From the NCBI GenBank assembly GCA_033763455.1, contig JANRKO010000016.1, positions 1 to 64,000 of the forward strand: DNA of 64,000 nucleotides, written 5' to 3'. Of the stretch, positions 38,443 through 47,308 are shown piece by piece. The notes under the pieces are model-generated. The model made no database searches. It had not been told where the DNA came from and worked only from the letters and a program-made list of their open reading frames with translations. Each line of letters starts with the position of its first letter. The stretch's first letter is position 1. Both the position numbers and the translations under genes were made by a program. The DNA comes from Polyangiaceae bacterium. Lineage in GTDB: Bacteria > Myxococcota_A > Polyangia > Polyangiales > Polyangiaceae.

Positions 38443-39228
38443 GTGTCAGATTCTGTGCAGGATCCCAAGGCTCCCCAAGAGAAAGATGCCTCGCCCGAGG
38501 ATCCTCGGGCGCATGTGGCGCGTCTTTTTGGACTCCCGAGCGATCACCCGCTGTTCGAAGAGGCAACCACCCACCCGAGCCTCGCCAATGAACAGCCTGG
38601 AATTGCCGATAACCAACGTCTTGAATTTCTCGGCGACTCTGTGCTCGGCTTCTGCATCAGTGAAATCCTGTTCGCTCGGTTCCCCGGCGAGGACGAAGGA
38701 GCCCTCACACGGCTTCGATCCCAACTGGTAAACGCCGAATCGCTCGCGCGTTGGGGCATGCAAACGCCCATCCCTGAAGTTTTACGCTTGGGCAAAGGTG
38801 CTGATGAAAATCGACTGAAACAAAGTGTGAATGTAATTGCCGACGCGGTGGAGGCCTTGATCGCGGCGGCCTATCTTCACTCTGGCCTACCGACCGCGCG
38901 CAACATTTGCCTTGTCATAGCCGAATATGGCCTACAAAAAGGGCACAGCGGACAATTGGATGCTAAAAGCGAGCTCCAAGAGCGAGTGCAAGCCCTGGGC
39001 GCTCCTTCACCTACCTACCTCGTGCTCGAAACCTCTGGCCCCGCCCATCAACGTTGGTTTCGCATTCAAGTGTGCGTTGGAGGGGAAGGCGTGGGGTTTG
39101 GCGAAGGTCGCTCAAAGCGCGATGCAGAACGTTCAGCTGCTCGCGACGCTCTCGATAGTGGCAGGTGGGAGTTAGCCGCTCCATCGGCGCCTGCCGCATC
39201 TCTTTCAACCTCGCCGGACGAACGGTAA
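38443..39228 (+). CDS. rnc: Ribonuclease III
   Basis: NQRLEFLGDSVL, ADAVEALI and a C-terminal dsRBD. Confidence 0.95.
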   Translation: MSDSVQDPKAPQEKDASPEDPRAHVARLFGLPSDHPLFEEATTHPSLANEQPGIADNQRLEFLGDSVLGFCISEILFARFPGEDEGALTRLRSQLVNAESLARWGMQTPIPEVLRLGKGADENRLKQSVNVIADAVEALIAAAYLHSGLPTARNICLVIAEYGLQKGHSGQLDAKSELQERVQALGAPSPTYLVLETSGPAHQRWFRIQVCVGGEGVGFGEGRSKRDAERSAARDALDSGRWELAAPSAPAASLSTSPDER

Positions 39229-39232
39229 AGTT

Positions 39233-39658
39233 ATGCGACTCAATTCCCACCGACGCAGTTGGTTTGCCGTATGTGCGCTAGGAGCGCTGCTCTTTTTCGC
39301 TCCCCTGTGTTGGGCGGGGACCTATTTGAGTCGTGCGGGCCTCTTGGTCGAAGGCGCCAGTGCCGATACCGAGTTTCTCCGGGCACGTGTGAACGACGTC
39401 GAACTCGCGCGAGTTGTTCAGCGTTTGGCCGAAGCTAGAGTTCAGGCTGCCGGCAGTATGGATATCCCTAAGGAAGTGGCCCTGGCTCATCCACACTTAC
39501 TCCTCGTGCTCGAAAACTACGAGAGAGCCGCCCAAGCTGCCGTAAGCAAAGATCCGAAAGCATTCGTAGTGCTGCACGCGCGCGCGCGCGATGAAGAAGC
39601 CACCTTGCGTGGAGTGCTCAAGCAGCTCGGCTTTGAACTCCCGAAGGTCCGGCCTTGA
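39233..39658 (+). CDS. Hypothetical secreted helical protein
   Basis: Signal peptide; in an operon with rnc. Confidence 0.7.
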   Translation: MRLNSHRRSWFAVCALGALLFFAPLCWAGTYLSRAGLLVEGASADTEFLRARVNDVELARVVQRLAEARVQAAGSMDIPKEVALAHPHLLLVLENYERAAQAAVSKDPKAFVVLHARARDEEATLRGVLKQLGFELPKVRP

Positions 39659-40545
39659 AACAGCTGTTTTCCCCCTTTATCTTCACGGCGTGTTTACTCG
39701 CGTCGAGCGTTCGCGCGGACGAACCGCGTGCACTCCTTTTGGTGGCTGGTGAATCGCTCACACGGAACACCGTGCAGTCGCGGCTCAACGCCGCCGCGAG
39801 CTGGCAACTGGAGCCGTTTGGTCCAACAAAAGAACAGCGCGCGGAGGGTTTCGTGCGCGGCGTTTTGGGCCTTGAGTTGATGGAGGCGGCGGAGGCCAAA
39901 GCCCGGCATCTGGACGCAACTCCAGCGGGTCGCGATGCCCGAAAAGTCATCCTGGCACGCGCACTGGAAGCTTCTCTGCTGCAGGAGATAATCGCCCAAG
40001 ATCGGGTAAAACAGGCCGATATTGAGCGCTATTTCGCCGACCACCGATCGGAGTTTATCCGTCCGCCAAGCGTTGCGGTCTGGCGAATCGTGGTCACCTC
40101 GGAGGCGCGCGCCCTCGCGATCATCCAAGAGTGCCAAGGCACAGGCGGGCTGGCTAAATGGCGCCAGATAGCACGCGCCGAGTCGGTCGACCACGCCACG
40201 CATATGCGGGCAGGCGATCTCGGCTTTGTCCGCGCGGATGGTTCGACAACGTTTCCGCAGTTGCGAGTGAGCCCCCAAATCTATGCGGCCCTAGCAAACG
40301 TGGAGGATGGCGCCATTGCACCCAAGCCGCTCAAGCTAGATGAGAACTATGCCGTGCTTTGGCGACGCGGAAGCCTGGGTGAGGAGCGCGCTGATCTGAG
40401 AAGTGAAAGCCCGAAAATCGCCGATCTTTTGCGGCGAAAAGCCCTCTCCGAAGACCGCGGCGCCCTGCTTGATCGCCTGAGGAAACAGCACTTAAAAGAT
40501 CACAATCCGCTGCTTCTTGAAGTCTTAGACGGCAAGGCCTTCTAG
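39655..40545 (+). CDS. PpiC/parvulin-type peptidyl-prolyl isomerase
   Basis: ARAESVD...AGDLGFV rotamase motif; signal peptide. Confidence 0.8.
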   Translation: MKQLFSPFIFTACLLASSVRADEPRALLLVAGESLTRNTVQSRLNAAASWQLEPFGPTKEQRAEGFVRGVLGLELMEAAEAKARHLDATPAGRDARKVILARALEASLLQEIIAQDRVKQADIERYFADHRSEFIRPPSVAVWRIVVTSEARALAIIQECQGTGGLAKWRQIARAESVDHATHMRAGDLGFVRADGSTTFPQLRVSPQIYAALANVEDGAIAPKPLKLDENYAVLWRRGSLGEERADLRSESPKIADLLRRKALSEDRGALLDRLRKQHLKDHNPLLLEVLDGKAF

Positions 40546-41585
40546 GCCGAACGCACTTCAGGCAATTGCGTTTCGCCTGCGACTTCATCGGCGTCATCCA
40601 GCACACGCTTGTGCATTGGACGCACACCGAGCGCATTCAACCGAGTGCGAGCGATTTCGATTGCCTCAATATTCTTATCAATGCCTATAGAGCGCCGCCC
40701 AAGCTCACTTGCCACGGCGACCGTTGTACCGCTGCCTAGATACGGATCAAGCACGATTTCCCCGGGATCCGTCAGGCTTTCGATCACCCGTCGGAGCAGG
40801 GCCGCCGGTTTTTGGGTCGGATACCCTGTGCGCTCCTTGGCTACCGGCGCCACTATTCCAATATCCCAAACGTCTCCCATAGGAACACCCGGTGACGCAT
40901 CTTCGGTCGTGCTGGAGCGTACCCGCCGCCCATCGGCACCCACCACCGCACGCTGCTTTTTGGTTCCCCACGTAGCCAACGTGGTTGCGGCCAGTGGCTC
41001 ATAGAGTGCGTTGAAGCGCGGCGGCACTTGGGGGTCTTTCACGTAGCGCAGCAACACGTCGTGAACTCGCTGAAAATTTGGTGTTTTCGCAGGCCAGCGC
41101 CGATACCGCCAGACAATTTCACTCGCGAAGCAATCGGGCCCAAACACCTCGTCACACACCACCTTGAGGTAATGCGAGGTCTTGGGATCCACGTGGAGCA
41201 CGAGGCTTCCGTGAGGTGCCAACAAGCGCCTCACCGCGGCGATTCGATCCGAGATGTCTTCCAAGTATTCGGAGAGGCCCGCCCATCGATCGTCGAACGC
41301 CGGACGCGTAGAGCGCACAAGACCACCGCGCACATCACGGCTACGTTCAACACGCTCATGCACGCGACCGGTGAAGAACGGCGGATCGAGATAAGCAAGC
41401 GTCACCTCACCTGCTACGGTATCGAGCAGCGCCGAAAGCGCCTTCAGATTATCCCCGGAAATCAGCAGGTTATCGCGACTCCCGCGCTGCACAATGCCGA
41501 GATCCGCCGTGCTAGCAGCAGCCGGAGCGCGGCGATTGGCCCAGTTCAAAGTTACCGGAAACGTCGGATGGCAAGCGGGTCGCAC
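40542..41585 (-). CDS. Site-specific DNA methyltransferase (N6A/N4C, beta class), orphan
   Basis: GDNL, YLDPPF, YPTQKP and VLDPYLGSGTT. Confidence 0.9.
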   Translation of the reverse strand: MRPACHPTFPVTLNWANRRAPAAASTADLGIVQRGSRDNLLISGDNLKALSALLDTVAGEVTLAYLDPPFFTGRVHERVERSRDVRGGLVRSTRPAFDDRWAGLSEYLEDISDRIAAVRRLLAPHGSLVLHVDPKTSHYLKVVCDEVFGPDCFASEIVWRYRRWPAKTPNFQRVHDVLLRYVKDPQVPPRFNALYEPLAATTLATWGTKKQRAVVGADGRRVRSSTTEDASPGVPMGDVWDIGIVAPVAKERTGYPTQKPAALLRRVIESLTDPGEIVLDPYLGSGTTVAVASELGRRSIGIDKNIEAIEIARTRLNALGVRPMHKRVLDDADEVAGETQLPEVRSA

Positions 41586-41867
41586 AGTGTGTGTCAGGGT
41601 AGCCGGGAGCGATCACCCGGGGCCAAGTTTGCGCAGAGCAGTGCAGGACAGTTGGCGTCCGGCAAGGGCGATAAGTGCCAAAAGAAGCGGAACCTCGCTC
41701 GGTATGGACACGCCTAGAGAAGCAGTTAATAAACGTCACCGATGAGCGCGGGTTCCCTGCTTCCGATCAACGTCGCTTGCGACCACCAGCACAACTTGCC
41801 TGGCTTCGATGGCCGCTGCGCATCGCGCATTCTCCCCGGATCTTCGAGTGTTCCCCGCCCACCGAGT

Positions 41868-42422
41868 GTGCACTGCAGCGCATCCGCTTCTCCCCCATCC
41901 GCATCCGCTCCCCAATCCGCATCTACTCCATCCCCAAACCTGCGTGGGAGGCCACGCTCGCTAGCAGCCTTTCGCGTCGCCGTGTGCTCCCTCGCGCTTT
42001 TTCTTTTCGGCTGTGAATCGCCACGCGTCGACGCTCGCCCCGAGCTATTGGTTCGGGAATTCATCGATCGCATGCGCCGTGTGCACGGTGACCCAATCGC
42101 AGCACGCAGAGCCTACGAACTCCTATGGAGCCAGGCGAAAAGCAATCTCACGGAGCGCGCAAAGCGGGCTACAGCGGTGCTGGGCAAGACAGTGCTGCCG
42201 GAGGAGATGCTCGCGCCTTCGCGCTTTTCCCTCAATTATCGACCGAGAAACTTCCGGGCTCGCGTGCAAGGCAAGTGGTCACTGGTGACCGTGACGGGTG
42301 AAGTCCCAGCAACCCAAAAGACCGAAGTGAAATGTACGCTGGAGGGTGAGCACTGGAGAGTAGCGCTCGAACTGCCTCCGCTCTCGCCGATCCGCAAGCG
42401 CACACCCGAAACGGGCGGCTAA
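41868..42422 (+). CDS. Hypothetical lipoprotein (start uncertain)
   Basis: LFLFGC lipobox; ends EGEHWRVALELP. Confidence 0.6.
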   Translation: MHCSASASPPSASAPQSASTPSPNLRGRPRSLAAFRVAVCSLALFLFGCESPRVDARPELLVREFIDRMRRVHGDPIAARRAYELLWSQAKSNLTERAKRATAVLGKTVLPEEMLAPSRFSLNYRPRNFRARVQGKWSLVTVTGEVPATQKTEVKCTLEGEHWRVALELPPLSPIRKRTPETGG

Positions 42423-42515
42423 GACCTCAGCGTTTTGTGGCTTCAAACTTCCTTGGCGCCCCTCCGGGCTAAAGATCAGCTGCAACCCTGCCGTTGGAAG
42501 CTCCCGGAGAGCACC

Positions 42516-43709
42516 ATGCAGAGGTTCCAGAAAAAAATTGCCAGCTTACTGATGATTGCTGCGCTCACGCCGGCTTGCAGCAGCGATTCTGCGACGGCCC
42601 CGGGAACCACCGGGGGAAGTGTCGGGGGAGGAGCGCTGGGAAGTACGGGAGGGCTCAAGAATACGGGAGGTAAGCCTGGCCTCGGGAGCGGAGGCATAGG
42701 TTCTCTAGGGGCACCTGCTATGAGCACTGGCGGCAGTCCGAGCGGGTCAGGTGGTGCACTTTCAGGCGTTGGTGGCGCCGGCGCCGGTGGCGGCCATTCG
42801 CTAGATCCCGCTCTCCACTTAACGCTCACCTTGCATCTTGAGAACAAGACTTTTGACGCCGCTTACTTTGCTTCCCTCAATGCGTTTGCTCAGAAGTTCG
42901 AGGCTCACGGCGGCAAGCTCACGTTTGAACCCCGCGATCCTGTGGTGAAAGCAGCCTCCGGCCCACCCGCGCTTCAGGATTGGAAAGCACTTGAAGCGCG
43001 CGGCCACTCAGTGGGATCACACGCCGGCATCGGAGGCGTGGACGCGACCCCGCTCGACACCTTTACCGCCCAAGCAACCCTACGCTACACGCAACTGGCT
43101 CCGCAGGTAACCCGACTCGATCACGTCTCCGGCAACTGCGGAAATGTGGACTGGGTGAAGGGTGTGATCGACGCAGGGTTCAAAGCGACGACCGCCACCA
43201 CGGTGCTGTGCTTATACTCGATGGCCCCCGCAGATCGACCCGCTGAGTATCAAGCTCTCAACTGCAATGGGGCAACCGACCCAACCTGCCATAGCTCCTA
43301 CCCAACGGCTGTCGCAGAGCGAATTCACCCCTGGCGCGCCCTAAGTGGCGCGCAATGGCTTACCGACGATCCAAACGGAAAACTTGTGATATTCCCTGGC
43401 AGCGGAAGCCTGCCTTGTTTGGAAGAGGAGGCCACTTCCACGGGCCAGTCACTGCCGACCTGCACGCTTACCCAGGAAGATGTGACGCGGGCGCTCTCCG
43501 ATCTCGACGCTGCGATTCTGGCGAGAGACAGCGCTAAGCTAAACACGTTCTACTGGGTTTGGGGCAGTTGGTCCTTGACCAGTGGGGAGGAGCCCGTGCT
43601 CGAGGCTCTGCTTTCCGCAATTGATACACGGGTGCAAGAGGGTAAGGTGAAGTGGGCTAACCTGTCCGACATGCTCGACGCGTACGAGGCGTGGGAAGCG
43701 ACTCGCTGA
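42516..43709 (+). CDS. Lipoprotein with Gly-rich linker and polysaccharide-deacetylase-like domain
   Basis: GGAGA RBS, LTPAC lipobox, TLHLE, GKLTFE and RGHSVGSH. Confidence 0.65.
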   Translation: MQRFQKKIASLLMIAALTPACSSDSATAPGTTGGSVGGGALGSTGGLKNTGGKPGLGSGGIGSLGAPAMSTGGSPSGSGGALSGVGGAGAGGGHSLDPALHLTLTLHLENKTFDAAYFASLNAFAQKFEAHGGKLTFEPRDPVVKAASGPPALQDWKALEARGHSVGSHAGIGGVDATPLDTFTAQATLRYTQLAPQVTRLDHVSGNCGNVDWVKGVIDAGFKATTATTVLCLYSMAPADRPAEYQALNCNGATDPTCHSSYPTAVAERIHPWRALSGAQWLTDDPNGKLVIFPGSGSLPCLEEEATSTGQSLPTCTLTQEDVTRALSDLDAAILARDSAKLNTFYWVWGSWSLTSGEEPVLEALLSAIDTRVQEGKVKWANLSDMLDAYEAWEATR

Positions 43710-43881
43710 CTCGCTTGAGGTCATCCTGCGCGGGTCGCCGCAAGCCGGACTCGGTCGTACACCTTGAAGACCGCGTCCGGCCCACCGTGCGGACCCGTCG
43801 GTTGGGAGAGCTCTTCTTCGAACGCCGGATCTCCAAGCCGTGCCTGGGATTGATCGCGCAACCGACAAGGCAATAAACGCG

Positions 43882-43915
43882 AAAACGGGGCGCCGGGAAG
43901 AACCCGAGGCCCCGT
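43882..43915 (-). terminator. Intrinsic terminator of carD/cdnL
   Basis: Hairpin ACGGGGC..CGGG-AAGAA-CCCG..GCCCCGT followed on the minus strand by TTTT. Confidence 0.65.
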
Positions 43916-43934
43916 CTAAGCAGGATGGGAACGA

Positions 43935-44435
43935 TCAGTTGGTGAAGAAGATCGCTTCGATCTCGTCTTTGACCTGATCTTCGGTTTGTTCGCGAGCGAT
44001 CGCGATTTCCTTAACAATGAGGGTGCGCGCTGTATCCAGCATGCGGCGCTCGCCGAAGGAGAGTTGCTTGCTGGTCTTCAAGCGATAGAGGTCTCGAAGC
44101 ACTTCCGCTACGTCATAGATAGACCCAGTCTTAATCTTATCCATGAACCCGCGGTAGCGACGGTTCCAGGTTTGGGTGTCAAACCCAATCGTGGTTTCCT
44201 TGAGGATATCGAAAATTTCTCGAATCTCTTGCTCGGAGATAACCTGACGCAAACCGACCGCGCCAGCATTCGAAACGGGCACCATGATCTTGCGATCTGT
44301 GTCCAAGATGCGGAGAACATAAAAACGTTGCCGCGACCCGGCGATATCTCGCTCATCGATGCTGATCACTTCAGCCACTCCTTGTGCGGGATAAACTGCC
44401 TTGTCGCCGACCTTGAACTCAACCTGCAGATCCAT
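43935..44435 (-). CDS. cdnL: CarD/CdnL RNA-polymerase-binding regulator
   Basis: FKVGDKAVYPAQGVAEV, TWNRRYR and LSFGERRML; no AT-hook tail. Confidence 0.95.
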   Translation of the reverse strand: MDLQVEFKVGDKAVYPAQGVAEVISIDERDIAGSRQRFYVLRILDTDRKIMVPVSNAGAVGLRQVISEQEIREIFDILKETTIGFDTQTWNRRYRGFMDKIKTGSIYDVAEVLRDLYRLKTSKQLSFGERRMLDTARTLIVKEIAIAREQTEDQVKDEIEAIFFTN

Positions 44436-44715
44436 TTGTTACGTTCTCCTTAAACAATGAAATGAGCCGACAGGCCGTGTCTTGCACACAACCACCTGCC
44501 CAAACTGCAATTGGTGCTCACAAGTTGAAATACTTGGGAGCTTTGGAACTTCTCTGACCTAAGCGAACCTGCCTTAACCGTTGTATCCAGGACTTCATTC
44601 CGCGGTGCCATTGGTGCAGAAACTTTTTTTGCCCTGGGCCCCCACCTGTGGTTCTATCGAAAGGGAGGGGTGGGAGTGACTCGCCAGATTTTGGTCAGGA
44701 GCCGCCAGGCGCGGA

Positions 44716-44744
44716 ACTGTACTTATAGTGGGGCCGGGTGTCAA
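44716..44744 (-). promoter_or_regulatory. Sigma70-type promoter of cdnL
   Basis: TTGACA-N17-TACAGT on the minus strand. Confidence 0.75.
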
Positions 44745-44915
44745 GGGAATATGACATTTTCCCACTCCACTGTTGCGCTTATGCATCAAGAATTAGATGT
44801 TTAGCACGTTCTTCGAGCATGCGCCCGTCGCCGCTGACCTCGCGACCCTACAACAATTGTCCAGTAACGGTGGTTTCGCCCACAAAACAAGCGCGGAGGC
44901 TCCGCGTGTCTGCAA

Positions 44916-45839
44916 TTAGCCTGAGCTTGTCAGCTCTTGTGCAAGCCCCCACCGTACTCCTCTGGCGGAAACCTGCAGATTTTGGGCGCCAGCGTAGGAG
45001 AGGGCCATTTGAAGAATACAGGCACCGGCCACTATTACGTCGGCGCGGCCTGGGTTCATTCCCACGAGCGCCTCGCGGGCGTTAACTGGAATACGCGAAA
45101 GCTCGGCCAAACAAAGATTCAGTTCGTCGAGCGTGAGCTCCGTTCCGTGGAGGGCGTTGGCATCGAATCGTGAATGCTTTCGGATAACTGAAGCGAGGGT
45201 TGTTACCGTACCTGCTACGCCGACGACTGTGCCGACCTTGCCCGGCAACCCCACGGCGGCCAACTCGCGATCCACGTCGCGACGCAGCGCTTCAAGCTCT
45301 GCCTTCGTTGGGGGATCGGACGCCACGTGGCGCTCGGTGAGGCGGACGCTCCCAATGTTGAGGCTCACGAGCGACTGCACCGTGTGCAAGCCCGAGTTGC
45401 ACTCTCCAACAATAAACTCGGTGCTACCGCCACCAATATCAATCACCAGCACCCGCCCGCTTACCGACAAACCGGACAGGGCACCCGAAAAGGCAAGCCG
45501 TGCCTCGCGCTCCCCACTGATGACCTCAACGGGTACCGCCAAGAGCTCTTGAGCGCGCACCAGGAACTCCTCTGCCCCAAGTGCATCCCTGAGCGCGCTT
45601 GTGCCGACAACGGCGAGCTGCTCAACGTGAAGCTCTGTGAGGATCCGCCGGTATTCGCGCAAACACTCAAGCGTGCGCTCCACAGCGGGAGCGGCCAAAC
45701 GTCGCGACTTATCGACGCCCTGACCCAACCGAGTGACGGTGGAGATTTCTCGTTGGGGCAACAAAACGCCCCCCACCTGTTCGGTAACGAGCAAAAGAAC
45801 CGAGTTGGTTCCGATGTCGATCGTGCCAACTCGCGCCAT
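44916..45839 (-). CDS. ppx: Ppx/GppA family phosphatase (short form)
   Basis: IDIGTNS, TSALRDA, ISGEREA, DIGGGSTE and RADVI. Confidence 0.9.
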   Translation of the reverse strand: MARVGTIDIGTNSVLLLVTEQVGGVLLPQREISTVTRLGQGVDKSRRLAAPAVERTLECLREYRRILTELHVEQLAVVGTSALRDALGAEEFLVRAQELLAVPVEVISGEREARLAFSGALSGLSVSGRVLVIDIGGGSTEFIVGECNSGLHTVQSLVSLNIGSVRLTERHVASDPPTKAELEALRRDVDRELAAVGLPGKVGTVVGVAGTVTTLASVIRKHSRFDANALHGTELTLDELNLCLAELSRIPVNAREALVGMNPGRADVIVAGACILQMALSYAGAQNLQVSARGVRWGLAQELTSSG

Positions 45840-45849
45840 TCCGAATCGT

Positions 45850-46662
45850 TTACTTGATGAAGCTATTTAGGTTGAGCATCTCTTCGACGTTCGGCTGCAC
45901 CACGAGCTCCACGCGCCGATTCTTGGTGCGGCCGTCATCGGTGCCGTTGTCCGCCACCGGATCCGTGTCCGCGTAGCCTGCGGCGCTCCAATTGGCCCTC
46001 GGCAACCCTCCACCTTTATCTTCGAGCGTCGAGGTGAGGAGATTCAAGACGGAGCGCGCGCGCATTGCCGAAAGACCCCAATTGTCCTTGAAAGCACCAC
46101 CCATGAGCGGCTTAGCATCGGTGTGACCCGCAACCTGAAACTGGCGCTTGATGAGATCTGCATCTCCGCGAATCACCTCCGCCACCTTCAGCAAAATCAT
46201 CTCCCCATCGGGCTTCAGCTTGTCTTTCCCAGAATCGAACAAAACATCGCCCGGCAGCTGAATGAGCATGCGATTGTTTCGCACCTCCACCTTCAGGCCA
46301 AGCTCGGTGAGTTTCTGCAGCTTCTCGCGCAGAGCGTCAAAACGCTTGCGGATCTGCTCCAATTGTTCCGCCCGACGCTTGAACTCCTCCAGAGCTTTTC
46401 TCTGCTGCTCAAGGCTCGCGCTCAGGTTATCAAGGTTCACACCACGCTCGGTGAGCTGGCGCTTCAACTCGTCAATCTCGGAAAGCGCAGCTGCGTAGTC
46501 GTCTTCGGCTTTCTTGTGTGCCTGCTGCTGAACCGCCAGTTGCGCCCGAAGGCTGTCCCCTTCACGGACTTTCTGGTCCCATTCCTCCTGTGAATATCCG
46601 CACCCAGCTAGGAATGAGAGAGCGAGAACAGCGGGTATCCATCGGGTGGCGCAGGGGAGCAT
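45850..46662 (-). CDS. OmpA/MotB-family lipoprotein with coiled coil
   Basis: LAGC lipobox, VLFDSG, GHTD, NWGLSAMRA and NRRVE. Confidence 0.9.
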   Translation of the reverse strand: MLPCATRWIPAVLALSFLAGCGYSQEEWDQKVREGDSLRAQLAVQQQAHKKAEDDYAAALSEIDELKRQLTERGVNLDNLSASLEQQRKALEEFKRRAEQLEQIRKRFDALREKLQKLTELGLKVEVRNNRMLIQLPGDVLFDSGKDKLKPDGEMILLKVAEVIRGDADLIKRQFQVAGHTDAKPLMGGAFKDNWGLSAMRARSVLNLLTSTLEDKGGGLPRANWSAAGYADTDPVADNGTDDGRTKNRRVELVVQPNVEEMLNLNSFIK

Positions 46663-46868
46663 GCGAAATTTCCTCGGTTGATGGGGCCAAAGTGGCCGGC
46701 CCCCGAGCGGCTAGCCCGCGGGCATAGCGAGCGTCAAGTCCCGGAAACTTCCCAAGTTTCGGACCATCGGATGGCGGCGCAACGCACCTCCGGAGGGGTC
46801 GCCCCTCCACCATCACCGGCGTGGCGACCGACAAACCCGAATCCAGCGACTTTCCTCCAAATTTGAGG

Positions 46869-46898
46869 TTGACGCCTGGCACTAGATTGCCATATACA
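46869..46898 (+). promoter_or_regulatory. Possible sigma70 promoter of the histone-like gene
   Basis: TTGACG-N18-TATACA. Confidence 0.4.
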
Positions 46899-46958
46899 CA
46901 TTGTAACGTACTTCGGCCCACCTGATGACCAGGGCTGGAAGCCTTTTGGAGGAAACAC

Positions 46959-47189
46959 ATGGCAAAGAAATCAGCACCGGCTGCTAAAGCCGCACCCAAG
47001 ACCCGCACCAAGTCTGCAAAGAAGCCCGCTGCTGCGAAGGCACCCAAAGTTGCGAAGGCCCCCAAGGCCAAGGCAGCTAAAGCCGCCAAGCCCGCTGCTG
47101 CGAAGAAGCCCGCCGCTGCGAAGAAGCCCGCTGCTGCGAAGAAGCCTGCTGCGAAGAAGCCCGCTGCAGCTCGCGCCAAGAAGGCGTAA
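46959..47189 (+). CDS. Histone H1-like Lys/Ala/Pro-rich protein
   Basis: GGAGG RBS; PAAAKK repeats; no acidic residues; own terminator. Confidence 0.85.
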   Translation: MAKKSAPAAKAAPKTRTKSAKKPAAAKAPKVAKAPKAKAAKAAKPAAAKKPAAAKKPAAAKKPAAKKPAAARAKKA

Positions 47190-47213
47190 CTTCAAAGTCT
47201 TTCAAGACACGCC

Positions 47214-47267
47214 AGGCCGGGTGTCGCACGAGTATTCCCTCGGTGCGTGCCCGGCCTAGTTGTTTTT
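47214..47267 (+). terminator. Intrinsic terminator
   Basis: AGGCCGGGT...GCCCGGCCT long stem followed by AGTTGTTTTT. Confidence 0.7.
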
Positions 47268-47308
47268 GTGCGATCCACGGGTTTTGGCGCGAAGCACAAC
47301 TTCCAACC

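Noticed and set aside
46877..46890. Sigma54 promoter TGGCACTAGATTGC
   Set aside because: GG-to-GC spacing is 9, not the required 10.
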